A DNA stretch of 64,000 nt from Sandaracinaceae bacterium (GCA_020633055.1 JACKEJ010000017.1:80760-144759); one strand, 5' to 3'. Counted from the stretch's first letter, positions 44,994 to 53,925 are shown. Notes: generated by a model from the sequence alone, not told the origin. Numbers and translations: made by a program.

Positions 44994-45071
44994 AGCGCCC
45001 CCGTGCCCGGCGACCGCTCTGGTCGCCGTAGCGATTGATCGCAAGGGCCCAGCTGGGCCAGACTCGGGTTC

Positions 45072-46895
45072 GTGCCCGATGGTCTCGACGTAGACGCCCT
45101 GCGTGCGTCCGTGAAGCGTGAGCAGCGCAAGCTGAAGGCGCTCCAGGACGTCGGCGCTGCGTTGGGCTCCACCCTCGACCTGCAAGAGCTGCTGACGTTG
45201 GTGGTCGACCGCATCTCCGAGGCGATGGAGGCGGATCGGAGCACGCTGTACGTCCTCGACGAGGACACCAACGAACTCTGGTCCAAGGTGGCGCAGGGGG
45301 AGCGCTGGCTCGAGATCCGGCTGCGCGTGGGTGATGGCCTCGCAGGCACCGTCGCGCTGACCGGCAAGACCCTCAACATCAAGGACGCGTATCAGGACCC
45401 TCGGTTCGATGCGGAGTGGGACCGCCGCTCGGGCTACCGCACCCGCTCCACGGTGTGCGTCCCCATGAAGAACCACCACGGCCGCATCATCGGCGTCGTG
45501 CAGTGCCTCAACAAGTCGGGCGAGGGCTACTTCAGCGTCGAGGACGAGGCGCTGCTGGGCGCTCTCGCCAGCCAGGCCGCCGTCTCCATCGAGAACTCCA
45601 AGCTGTTCTTGTCGATGATCGGCAAGAACATCGAGCTGCTGGAGGCACAGGAGAAGCTCCAGCAGAAGGTCCGCGAGCTCGACGTCCTGTTCGAGATCGC
45701 GCAGGTGTCGGCGAGCGCGACGGAGCTCGACGAGCTCCTCGAGGGCGTGCTGGCGCGGACGATGCGCGCCGTGAACGCCGAGGCTGCGTCCATCTTGCTG
45801 GCCGACTCGGACACGGGAGATCTCCGCTTCCGCGCTGCCGTCGGAGGCGAGCCCGAGGCCATCAAGCGTCTGCGCATCAAGGCGGGGCAGGGGATCTGCG
45901 GGTGGGTCGCTCAGCACCAACAGCATCAGGTGGTCAACGACGTCGACGCGGACCAGCGCCACAGCCGCAACATCTCGGAGAAGGTGGGCTACCACCCGCG
46001 CTCGTTGCTGTGTGTGCCGCTACGCTGGGACGACGGCATCGGCGCGGTGGAGCTGCTCAACAAGGCTGCGGGGAGCGAGGCGTTCACGGAGGACGACGTG
46101 AAGCTGGCCACCGTCATCGCGGGCCACATCTCCACGGCCATCACGCAGGCGCGCGGCCGTGAACGCCGCGCTCGGGAGCAGCGCCTCAGCACCATCGGGC
46201 AGTTCCTCTCGAGCGTTCTCCATGACCTCAAGACCCCCCTCACGGTCATCCAAGGTTACGCGAAGCTGCTCAGCAAAGAGGGGGACGCCGACAGGCGCGC
46301 CGAGTACGCGCAGACCATCCAACGCCAGGTCGACCTCCTCAACGTGATGACCAAGGAGACCCTCGCGTTCGCCCGGGGGGAGCGCACCATCTGGATCCGC
46401 AAGGTCTACGTCTACAAGTTCTTCGAAGAGGCGGCCGAGCAGCTCCGTCGCGAGCTGGAGCCGCGTGGGATCGCCCTCGACCTGCGGCTCGAGGAGCGGG
46501 GCACGGCATACTTCGACGAGACGAAGGTCCTGCGCGCGCTGCACAACCTGGCGCGCAACGCTGCGGAGGCGATCTCTGCGACGCGCGGACTCGAGGGGCG
46601 CTGCGTCCTCACGGTCTCCCGCGGCTCGAACGGCGCGCTGTGCATCGCGTTCTCCGACAACGGGCCCGGTGTGCCCGAGGAGATCCGCTCCCGTCTGTTC
46701 GAGTCGTTCACGACCCACGGCAAGCAGGGGGGGACGGGTCTCGGTCTCGCCATCGTCCACAGCATCGTCAGTGATCACGGGGGGAGCATCGCCGTGGAGA
46801 GCCAGCCCGGACTCACCACCTTTCGCATCGAGCTCCCCCAAGACGAGGCACACGAGGCCTCCTCCTCCGGCACCACGCGCGCGTCCGTTCACTGA
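45072..46895 (+). CDS. Cytoplasmic GAF-GAF sensor histidine kinase
   Basis: Two GAF regions. H-box 'FLSSVLHDLKTPLTVIQGY', N-box 'LHNLARNAAEA', 'DNGPGVPEE', 'GGTGLGLAIVHSIV'. No TM segment seen. Confidence 0.9.
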   Translation: MPDGLDVDALRASVKREQRKLKALQDVGAALGSTLDLQELLTLVVDRISEAMEADRSTLYVLDEDTNELWSKVAQGERWLEIRLRVGDGLAGTVALTGKTLNIKDAYQDPRFDAEWDRRSGYRTRSTVCVPMKNHHGRIIGVVQCLNKSGEGYFSVEDEALLGALASQAAVSIENSKLFLSMIGKNIELLEAQEKLQQKVRELDVLFEIAQVSASATELDELLEGVLARTMRAVNAEAASILLADSDTGDLRFRAAVGGEPEAIKRLRIKAGQGICGWVAQHQQHQVVNDVDADQRHSRNISEKVGYHPRSLLCVPLRWDDGIGAVELLNKAAGSEAFTEDDVKLATVIAGHISTAITQARGRERRAREQRLSTIGQFLSSVLHDLKTPLTVIQGYAKLLSKEGDADRRAEYAQTIQRQVDLLNVMTKETLAFARGERTIWIRKVYVYKFFEEAAEQLRRELEPRGIALDLRLEERGTAYFDETKVLRALHNLARNAAEAISATRGLEGRCVLTVSRGSNGALCIAFSDNGPGVPEEIRSRLFESFTTHGKQGGTGLGLAIVHSIVSDHGGSIAVESQPGLTTFRIELPQDEAHEASSSGTTRASVH

Positions 46896-47105
46896 TCGCG
46901 GCGGAAGCGACGCGTCGCGCCACGGGCGCCGTGCCCCCCAGCGCCGCGGAACTCGGACGCTGTCGCTCGAGCCGCGCGCGCTGGGCCCCCAGGGTTGCCA
47001 GCGTACGCGCCGGTGCGCTCCCCGCAGGCCGCCCCCGCGACGTGTAGCGCGAACGCGCCCGGCCGACGGGGCGCTCCCATCGGCCGGCCACCGTTCGCGA
47101 GGGGC

Positions 47106-50100
47106 TCAGGTGCCGTTCCGCACCTGGAGCGTGTAGGGCGTGCAGGTTGGGGCCAACGACTGAGCGCGGTGCACGTGGATGAAGAACGTCCGGCTCGGCG
47201 CGCTGTTGCAGGCCGTCCCGTTGCTGCCCGCTGGCGCGCACTCCGTGGTGCGTTCGTTGGCGTTCAAGTCGTACTGCGTGATGTTGCGAGGCTGGCCACT
47301 CGTGCCCAAGCAGGAGGTGCCGGCGCGGCCCGTGTGCTGGGCGAGCGTCGAGCAGTCGTTCTGGTACACGTCGAACACCACGTCGCTGCTGACGGTTCCT
47401 GTGAACGTCACCTGCGGGCGGTAGCCCTCAGTCGCCGAGTTGTTCATGACCACCCGGTACCAGTCGCCATCGGCCATGAGATCGAGGTTGCCCGTGATGG
47501 TGCCGGACATCCCCTCGGTGAGGGTGTACTGGATGGCAGCCGACGTCGCCGCCGCGCAGCTGTTCACCGAGATGCTCTCGGGCAAGCACTCACAACCGTC
47601 GGAGGCCGTGGAGTTCGCGTCCAGGTAGCCGTTCGTGCACGAGGCGACCTGACACCCGCTCATGCCGCCGCACGACTCGTTCGCGTTGGGGAGGTTGCAC
47701 AGGGCCACCGCTCCGTCGTCCACCATGCCGTCACAGTCGTTGTCCAGACCGTCGCAGATGTCGTTCGGGTTGTAGCTCGGGTGCGAGCTGGGGATCGGGC
47801 AGTTCTGGGGTACGCCGCCCATACAGCGTGCGAGGCTCTGCGTGCAGACGCCCAGGTTGCATGTCTGGTTGGCCGGGCTCGGCGTGACCGAGTTACACAC
47901 GGGCGCGACCTGGTTCACGCACGTCGACGTGTTCTTGGCCTGACACAGGTTGTCACAGTCGAGGACCATCGTGCTGGGTGGCTGCGCGGGACAGACCTGC
48001 GGCGCCCCCTCACATCCGCCGGCACCGTTGCAGTCCACGGCCGTGGCCGGCGCGTTCTGTGCTGTGAAGCACTGGTCCGAGTTGGTTCCGCCCCAGCCCG
48101 AGAACCAGCCCGTGCAGGGCACCATCCCGCACTCGTTGATGGGGTCCTGGCCCGCAGGGATGGGGGAGCAGGTGCCCACGTTGCCGGCGACGTTGCAGGC
48201 CATGCACAGGCCGCCGCAGGAGTTGTTGCAGCACACGCCGTCTGCGCACGCGAGGCCGCCCGCGCAGTCCGACGTGATGGAGCACGTCTGACCCTGCGTG
48301 CGGAGGGGCTGACAGATGCCCATGCCACAGAACGCGCCCGCGTCGCACTGCGAGCTGTTGGTGCAGGAAGACGGGCACATCGGCGCCGTCTGCGAGACCG
48401 CCCCGTTGCACATCAGGTTGGTGTAGTTGCCGCACCCGTTGGCGAGGGTGCCGGACGTGCACGCGCTGTCGTCCGGGACGTTGGCGGTCGTGCTGCACTG
48501 CTTGGCGGCGGTGCAGACGGCGTCGTCGCGCGTGCCCTGGCAGGTCGACGGTGAGTCGCAGGCGGGGGCGCTGCCATAGCCGCCACAGTCGCTGGCGGTG
48601 GAGCAGCAGTCCCCGGTCGCGCAGCAGAAGCCGTTCTGGCAGTGGTTGCTCATGCACTGGCTGTTCGCGCTGCAGGCGTCGCCGTTGGCGCCGTCCGACA
48701 CGCACATGCCGCCCATGCAGTTCGCGCTGGTGTCGCACTGCGAGTCGTTCGTGCAGCTGGTGCCACACGCCGGCGCAGACTGTGTCGCCGACCCGTTGCA
48801 GAAGCGGTCGGCGTACGTTCCGCAGGCGTTCGCGAGGGTCCCCGCCGTACACGCGCTGTCGTCGTCGATCTCGGGCGACATGCTGCAGACGAAGCCGCTG
48901 CAGACCGCGTCGTTACGGTGACCGTCGCACGCGGCGGCGGTGTCGCAGACGGGGGCCACCGTGAACATGGCGGCCGGACACTCGGCGGCCGACGAACAGC
49001 AGACACCGCCCGAGCAGCAGCGGTTGTTGCTGCAGTGACCGGAGACGCAGTCCGAGGGCTCGTCGCACGTGCTGCCGTCCGCGAGGTCTGGTGTGCACAG
49101 GTTGGAGTCGCAGTGCGCGTTCGCGTCGCAGTCTCCATCGGCGGAGCACATGGCCGAGCAAGCCGGGGCCATCTGGTCCGCCGCGCCGTTGCAGAACACG
49201 GTCGGGTAGGGGCCGCACAGGTTCGCCACCGTCACCGCCGAGCAGGCCGTGTCGTCCGGCACGTTGGGCACCGTGGCGCAGGAGAAGGCCACGCAAGCGG
49301 CGTCGTCGCGCGTGCCCTGGCACATCGCGGCGTTGTCGCAGGCCGGGCTCCGGCGGAAGGATCCCGGACAGTCCGTCGCGGTGGAGCAGCAGGTGCCGCC
49401 CGAGCAACAGAAGCCGTTGTTGCAGATGCCGCTGGTGCACGCCGCGGCGCCCAGCCCGCTGCACGACCCACCGTCCGGTAGGTCGGGCACGCACAGGCCA
49501 CCGCTGCAGTGAGCGTCCACGTCGCAGTCGCCGTTGCCACTGCAGCTGCTGCCGCACACCGGGGCCACCTGCGACGCGAGGCCGTTGCAGAACCGGCTGG
49601 GGTAGGGACCACAGGAGCTCGCCAAGACGCCTGCGTTGCAGGCCGTGTCGTCGGGGACGTTGGTGGTGGTGCCGCAGATGTTGCCTGCGCACACCGCATC
49701 GGAGCGGGAGCCCTGACACGTCGCCGGATCACTACAGAGCGGCGCGGACCGGTAGCTCGCGGGGCAGTTGCTCGCGGTCGAGCAGCAGTCGCCGCTCGCG
49801 CAACAGCGGTCGTTCTGGCAGTGACCCGAGATGCAGTCGGACGCCTCGTCGCAGGAGTTGCCGTCCGTCAGGTCGGGGAGGCACAGGCCGCCGTCGCAGT
49901 GAGCGTTCGCGTCGCAGTCCGCGTCGGTCGTACACCCCGTGCTGCACGTGGGCGGCGCCTGCACCGGCTGCCCGTTGCACGTCACGCTCGGGAAGAAACC
50001 ACAGGTGTTCGCGACCACCAGGTTGTCGCAAGCGCTGTCGTCCTCGACGCCGGAGATGGTTCCGCACTGGTTCGACGCGCTGCAGGTCGCGTTCGAGCGC

Positions 50101-52514
50101 GTGCCCTGGCAGGTCGCGGCCGTGTTGCACACGGGCGCGGTGCTGTAGCTCGCCGGACAGTTGGCCGCGGTCGAGCAGCAGTCGCCTGTCGCGCAGCAGA
50201 ACCCGTTGGCGCAGTGACCCGCGATGCAGTCCGAGTCCTCGTCGCAGCTCGAGCCGTTGGGCAGGTCCGCGACGCACGTGGTGTCGCAGTGCGCCGACGC
50301 GATGCACTCGCTGTCCTGTGTGCACGCAGCCGCGCACACCGGGGGCACCTGGGTCTCGGTCCCGGTGCAGTACTGAGGTGGGTTCAGGTCGCAGTCGAGG
50401 GCCATGGAACCGGCCGTGCAGCCGCGGTCGTCGTCGATGGGTGCCGTCGTGCCACACTGGTTGTTGCTACACGTCGCGTCCGTGCGGGGGCCCTGACACG
50501 TCGACTGCGTGGTGCACGTCGCCGCCGAACGGTAGCTGGCGGGGCAGTTCGTGGGCGTCGCGCAGCAGTCGCCGGACGCGCAGCAGAAGCCGTTCATGCA
50601 GTGCGACGACGTGCAGTCCGAGTTCTCGTCACACACCTCGCCGTTGGCGACGTCCAAGAGACACTGGCCGTTGTCGCAGTGGGCGTTCGCGTCGCAGTCG
50701 CCGTCCACGGTGCAGGACGTGGCGCACACGGGCGCCGTCTGGTCGACCGCGCCGTTGCACGTGACGGACGGGTACGTGCCGCAGTTGCTCGACACGCTGG
50801 ACGTGTTGCAGCCGGAGTCGTCCGGGACACCCGCGACCGTGCCGCACTGCGACATGGTGCAGGTGGCGTCCGACCGGGTGCCCTGACACGTCGTGGTGTT
50901 GCCGCATGCGCTGGGCGACCGGAAGCTGGCCGGGCAGTTGGCCGCCGTCGAGCAGCACACGCCGGACGCACAGCAGTACCCGTTCTGACAGTGCCCTGCG
51001 ACACAGTCCGAGTCCTCGTCGCACACTCCACCGTCCGGAATGTTGGGGATGCACACGCTGTCGCAGTGGGAGCCCATGTCGCACTGGCTGTCCAGCGTGC
51101 AGGTCGAGCCGCAGGGGGGGCGAGTTTGGGTGGGCATGCCATTGCAGAACACCGAGGGGAAGGACGCGCAGGTGTCGGCGACGGTCATGGTCCCGCAGCC
51201 CGTGTCGTCCTGGATGCCCGCCATGGTGCCGCACACGTTCGCGACGCAGGTCGCGTCGGAGCGCGTGCCCTGACAGGTTGCCGCGTCCGTGCACACCGAC
51301 GCCGAGCTGTACGATGCGGGGCACTGAGAAGCCATCGCGCAGCAGTCGCCGCCGGAGCAGCAGAAGTTGTTCTGGCAGTGCGACGACGTGCAGTCCGAGT
51401 TCTCGTCGCACGCGTTGCCGTCCGGGAGGTCGAGCAGGCACAGGTTGTTGTCACAGTGGGCGTTGGCGTCGCAGTCTGCGTCGACATTGCACGACGTCGC
51501 GCAGGACGGCGCGGTCTGGTCGGTCGTGCCCGCACAGAACACGGACGGGTACGGACCGCAGTTGCTGGCCTCGATGCTGCTGGTGCAGCCCGAGTCGTTC
51601 GGCGCCCCGTTGAGCGCCACGCACTGGAAGTCCGCTCCGCAGCTCACGGAACCGATCGTTCCCTGGCACATGGGCCGGTCGCTGCAGATCACGCCGACGC
51701 CTGGGTAGCCAGGGCAGTTCGAGTCCTGCGCGCAGCACGTCCCGCCCGAGCAACAGAACCCGTTCTCGCAGTGGTTCGTTCGGCAGTCGCTGTCGACGGT
51801 GCATGCGCTGCCGTCGGGGAGGTCGTCCACACAGACGCCCGCGTCGCAGTGCGCGGACTCGATGCACAGGTCGTCGTTCTCGACGCCGTTCACCTCGCAG
51901 CTGCCGGCGCAGACGTCGCCGTTCTCCATGCCGCCGATGCACGTGTAGCGCCCACAGCTCGTCACCGTGACTTGCTCACACGTCCCGTTCGAGCAAGCCG
52001 CGCCAGGCGAGGACTCGTAGCGGGTCCCGTTGAAGCGACAGCCCTGCTGCACGCAGTCGATGGGCATGTTGTCGGCGAGCGTGTCGCAGTCGTCGTCGTC
52101 CCCGTTGCACAGCTCGTCCGCGTCCGGGTGCACCAGCTCGTCCGCGTCGTTGCAGTCCGGCCCGTCGCAGAACACGCCTTCGCCGTAGCCGTCGTCATCC
52201 TCGTCGATGCAGCAGCCCTCCGTCGGGAGGCAGTAGTAGCGGCCGGGGCGCGTGGCGAGCTCCGCGGCCTCGAACGTGCGCGGGCAGATCGCGAACTCGT
52301 TGGCCACGCGCTCGAGGCAGAGGGTCGCTTCCCCGAAGGGCACACACTCGGATCCCTCGGGGCACTGGTCGTCCGCCACGCACTCTTGACAGAGCCCCGT
52401 CTGAGGGCCGGAGTCCACCCCAGCGTCGGCGCCCATGTCGGTCCCCCCGCCCATGTCGGAACCCGCGTCTTCCTCCCCTCCCGCATCCGGGTCGGGGGGT
52501 GCCCCTTTGTGCAC
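47106..52514 (-). CDS. Giant Cys-rich repeat protein (1802 aa from the GTG at 52514) with no in-frame signal peptide
   Basis: Uninterrupted 5.4-kb ORF with about nine tandem ~130-aa modules of ~20 Cys each. MopE-like 'CDGxDxDCD' motifs near both ends ('CNGDDDDCD', 'DICDGLDNDCDGMVDDG'). C-terminal PPC-like domain ('GDWYRVV'). Confidence 0.85.
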   Translation of the reverse strand: MHKGAPPDPDAGGEEDAGSDMGGGTDMGADAGVDSGPQTGLCQECVADDQCPEGSECVPFGEATLCLERVANEFAICPRTFEAAELATRPGRYYCLPTEGCCIDEDDDGYGEGVFCDGPDCNDADELVHPDADELCNGDDDDCDTLADNMPIDCVQQGCRFNGTRYESSPGAACSNGTCEQVTVTSCGRYTCIGGMENGDVCAGSCEVNGVENDDLCIESAHCDAGVCVDDLPDGSACTVDSDCRTNHCENGFCCSGGTCCAQDSNCPGYPGVGVICSDRPMCQGTIGSVSCGADFQCVALNGAPNDSGCTSSIEASNCGPYPSVFCAGTTDQTAPSCATSCNVDADCDANAHCDNNLCLLDLPDGNACDENSDCTSSHCQNNFCCSGGDCCAMASQCPASYSSASVCTDAATCQGTRSDATCVANVCGTMAGIQDDTGCGTMTVADTCASFPSVFCNGMPTQTRPPCGSTCTLDSQCDMGSHCDSVCIPNIPDGGVCDEDSDCVAGHCQNGYCCASGVCCSTAANCPASFRSPSACGNTTTCQGTRSDATCTMSQCGTVAGVPDDSGCNTSSVSSNCGTYPSVTCNGAVDQTAPVCATSCTVDGDCDANAHCDNGQCLLDVANGEVCDENSDCTSSHCMNGFCCASGDCCATPTNCPASYRSAATCTTQSTCQGPRTDATCSNNQCGTTAPIDDDRGCTAGSMALDCDLNPPQYCTGTETQVPPVCAAACTQDSECIASAHCDTTCVADLPNGSSCDEDSDCIAGHCANGFCCATGDCCSTAANCPASYSTAPVCNTAATCQGTRSNATCSASNQCGTISGVEDDSACDNLVVANTCGFFPSVTCNGQPVQAPPTCSTGCTTDADCDANAHCDGGLCLPDLTDGNSCDEASDCISGHCQNDRCCASGDCCSTASNCPASYRSAPLCSDPATCQGSRSDAVCAGNICGTTTNVPDDTACNAGVLASSCGPYPSRFCNGLASQVAPVCGSSCSGNGDCDVDAHCSGGLCVPDLPDGGSCSGLGAAACTSGICNNGFCCSGGTCCSTATDCPGSFRRSPACDNAAMCQGTRDDAACVAFSCATVPNVPDDTACSAVTVANLCGPYPTVFCNGAADQMAPACSAMCSADGDCDANAHCDSNLCTPDLADGSTCDEPSDCVSGHCSNNRCCSGGVCCSSAAECPAAMFTVAPVCDTAAACDGHRNDAVCSGFVCSMSPEIDDDSACTAGTLANACGTYADRFCNGSATQSAPACGTSCTNDSQCDTSANCMGGMCVSDGANGDACSANSQCMSNHCQNGFCCATGDCCSTASDCGGYGSAPACDSPSTCQGTRDDAVCTAAKQCSTTANVPDDSACTSGTLANGCGNYTNLMCNGAVSQTAPMCPSSCTNSSQCDAGAFCGMGICQPLRTQGQTCSITSDCAGGLACADGVCCNNSCGGLCMACNVAGNVGTCSPIPAGQDPINECGMVPCTGWFSGWGGTNSDQCFTAQNAPATAVDCNGAGGCEGAPQVCPAQPPSTMVLDCDNLCQAKNTSTCVNQVAPVCNSVTPSPANQTCNLGVCTQSLARCMGGVPQNCPIPSSHPSYNPNDICDGLDNDCDGMVDDGAVALCNLPNANESCGGMSGCQVASCTNGYLDANSTASDGCECLPESISVNSCAAATSAAIQYTLTEGMSGTITGNLDLMADGDWYRVVMNNSATEGYRPQVTFTGTVSSDVVFDVYQNDCSTLAQHTGRAGTSCLGTSGQPRNITQYDLNANERTTECAPAGSNGTACNSAPSRTFFIHVHRAQSLAPTCTPYTLQVRNGT
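48360..51908 (-). repeat. Intragenic tandem array of about nine copies of a ~390-nt (~130-aa) Cys-rich module, plus a degenerate tenth
   Basis: The anchor motif 'AHCD' (variants SHCD, AHCS, ANCM) recurs at residues 221, 352, 482, 611, 741, 871, 1001, 1133 and 1264. Shared pattern: SC..D.DCD.NAHCD..C..DL.DG..CDE.SDC.SGHC.NGFCC..GDCC....NCPASY....C....TCQGTR.DA.C....CGT.....DD..C.......CG.YPS..CNG...Q..P.C. Confidence 0.8.
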
Positions 52515-52587
52515 ATGCGGAGAACAGCGTCGCGAATAAAGCGAGGGTGAGGAGGGTTTGGAAGAGCGGTGTGCTTGGCTTACGCAT
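52513..52587 (-). other. Lipoprotein signal peptide ('MRKPSTPLFQTLLTLALFATLFSAC') in a different frame from the giant ORF it abuts
   Basis: ATG at 52587 preceded by GAGAGG. The n/h-regions plus lipobox LFSAC end exactly where the giant ORF's first possible start (52514) lies. After the Cys codon this frame decays into Arg/Gly-rich shadow sequence until 52195. Confidence 0.6.
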
Positions 52588-52672
52588 AGGTGCGCCTCTC
52601 AAAAAGCGAACGACCCCGCCACTGTACCAGTGTTGCGCTGGTTTGTAACGATCCCCTTTCCAATGCGACGCG

Positions 52673-52693
52673 TTTTGGCACCGGGTGCCAAAA
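52673..52693. repeat. Perfect palindrome TTTTGGCAC-CGG-GTGCCAAAA between the NTF2-like gene and the giant lipoprotein gene
   Basis: Read directly from the sequence. 9-bp arms and a 3-nt loop, 21 nt after the stop at 52714 and about 85 nt upstream of the ATG at 52587 (both genes on the - strand). Confidence 0.5.
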
Positions 52694-52713
52694 TTGGCGC
52701 TGGCGGCACCTGA

Positions 52714-53472
52714 TCAGCGTTCGTGTCGGTTGCCCCGGCCCCAGAAGGCCCGCATGGAGCTGAAAAGTCCGTCGTCATCGAACCGCATCACGTCGATGAC
52801 CTCCAGCGCCAGCGATCGTCCCCCGAGATCGAGCTCGACGCGGAACGGCACGGCCGCCACCCCCGGCGACACGACTGGGGGGCCGAGCAGCTGCGTCCCG
52901 GTGATAGCGGCCAGACCGCTCTCGTAGAATTTCTCCACGGCGGCGCGGCCGGCGTGGATCGGGGTGCCGACGGGGTCCTCCACATCGCACGCCGATCCGA
53001 AGAGCTGGAGCACGGCCTGTGCGTCGCCTCTCCCCACGTGCTCCACGTAGCGCTGGAGCGCGTCCGCCTCCGAGCCGCTCTGAGGCGCAGCGGCGCCCAC
53101 ACCGCCTACCGTGAGCCACGTCCCGACACGGCCTGTCGCGTCCACGTCGATGACGTCGATGCGCGCCGCGCGGGATCCATCACTGGTCTCAGCCGCATCG
53201 GCGAGCCCCTCTTGGCAGACGTACGCGACCTCCGTGCCGCGCGTCACGCGGAGCGGCCCTTCCTGCGTGAGACGAGTCGCCCTCTTGCCCAGCGACGCGA
53301 GGATGGCTTCACGGCCCTTGGCCTCGCTCCCATCAGGCTGACGCCAGACCGCGTCCGCTCGGAGCGCGTCGGCGACCCTGGCGAGGTCGTGAGAGTCGAG
53401 GGCGGCCACGAAGCGGGCGGCGACGAGCGCGCGATCGACCGCCTGGGCGCTCCCCGAGCCCGGCGAGCTCAC
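52714..53472 (-). CDS. Tandem NTF2/SnoaL-like (ketosteroid-isomerase-fold) domain protein
   Basis: GTG at 53472 overlaps the dksA-family stop (GTGA). Two ~115-aa halves, each with the SnoaL-like layout ('ALVAARFVAALDSHDLARVADALRADAVW', 'LQRYVEHVGRGDAQAVLQLFGSACDVEDPVG'). Confidence 0.6.
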   Translation of the reverse strand: MSSPGSGSAQAVDRALVAARFVAALDSHDLARVADALRADAVWRQPDGSEAKGREAILASLGKRATRLTQEGPLRVTRGTEVAYVCQEGLADAAETSDGSRAARIDVIDVDATGRVGTWLTVGGVGAAAPQSGSEADALQRYVEHVGRGDAQAVLQLFGSACDVEDPVGTPIHAGRAAVEKFYESGLAAITGTQLLGPPVVSPGVAAVPFRVELDLGGRSLALEVIDVMRFDDDGLFSSMRAFWGRGNRHER

Positions 53473-53831
53473 GTGAAGTCTCGCTCTTGACGCTCCTGGT
53501 CTTCCTTGCAGCGGATACACAGCTCGGTCTCGGGGCGGGCCTCGAGGCGCTTGACCGAGATCGGTTCTTCGCACTCGACGCACATGCCGTACTCGTCCGT
53601 GTCCATCTTCTTCAGCGCGACGTCGATCTTCTGGAGCAGGACGCGCTCACGGCCGCGCAGACGGAGCGTGAACGACTGCATGTACTCGCTGCTGGCCAGA
53701 TCCATCTCGTCGGGGAGCTCGTTCACGTCGAGCGCCATGTCGTTCTCCATGGTCTCCCGGGCGCGACGGATGACGCTCTCGCGCTTCTCTTCGAGGATCT
53801 TGCGCAGGCGGTTGATTTCGCTCTTCTTCAT
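53469..53831 (-). CDS. DksA/TraR-family C4 zinc-finger regulator
   Basis: ATG at 53831. 'YGMCVECEEPISVKRLEARPETELCIRC' is the C4 finger, preceded by a coiled-coil region with acidic-tip-like 'DEMDLASS'. Confidence 0.88.
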   Translation of the reverse strand: MKKSEINRLRKILEEKRESVIRRARETMENDMALDVNELPDEMDLASSEYMQSFTLRLRGRERVLLQKIDVALKKMDTDEYGMCVECEEPISVKRLEARPETELCIRCKEDQERQERDFT

Positions 53832-53925
53832 CGTGATCGGCTCCGAGGAGTGGGGCGGTTGCGGGCCCCACCCTCTATGGGCCGGGCCAGCGGGACCAGC
53901 GATGGTAACCATGGCGAAACGCGAG

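Noticed and set aside
49509-52550. 1013-aa + strand ORF (also 46995-48554 and 48642-49481) opposite the giant Cys-rich gene
   Set aside because: The translations are Arg/Ala/Val/Gly-rich with no motifs. The - strand frame carries a highly ordered cysteine pattern over 1802 aa, so these are shadow ORFs.
52195-52602. 135-aa ORF as a stand-alone small lipoprotein gene
   Set aside because: Only its first ~25 codons (the signal peptide) look protein-like. The rest is Arg/Gly-rich and overlaps the strongly coding giant ORF in another frame. It is better explained as the displaced leader of that gene.
52673-52693. Sigma-54 promoter (TGGCAC...TTGC) within the palindrome
   Set aside because: TGGCAC is present on both strands, but the downstream GC element is displaced (GG-N8-GC instead of GG-N10-GC) and no TTGC follows.
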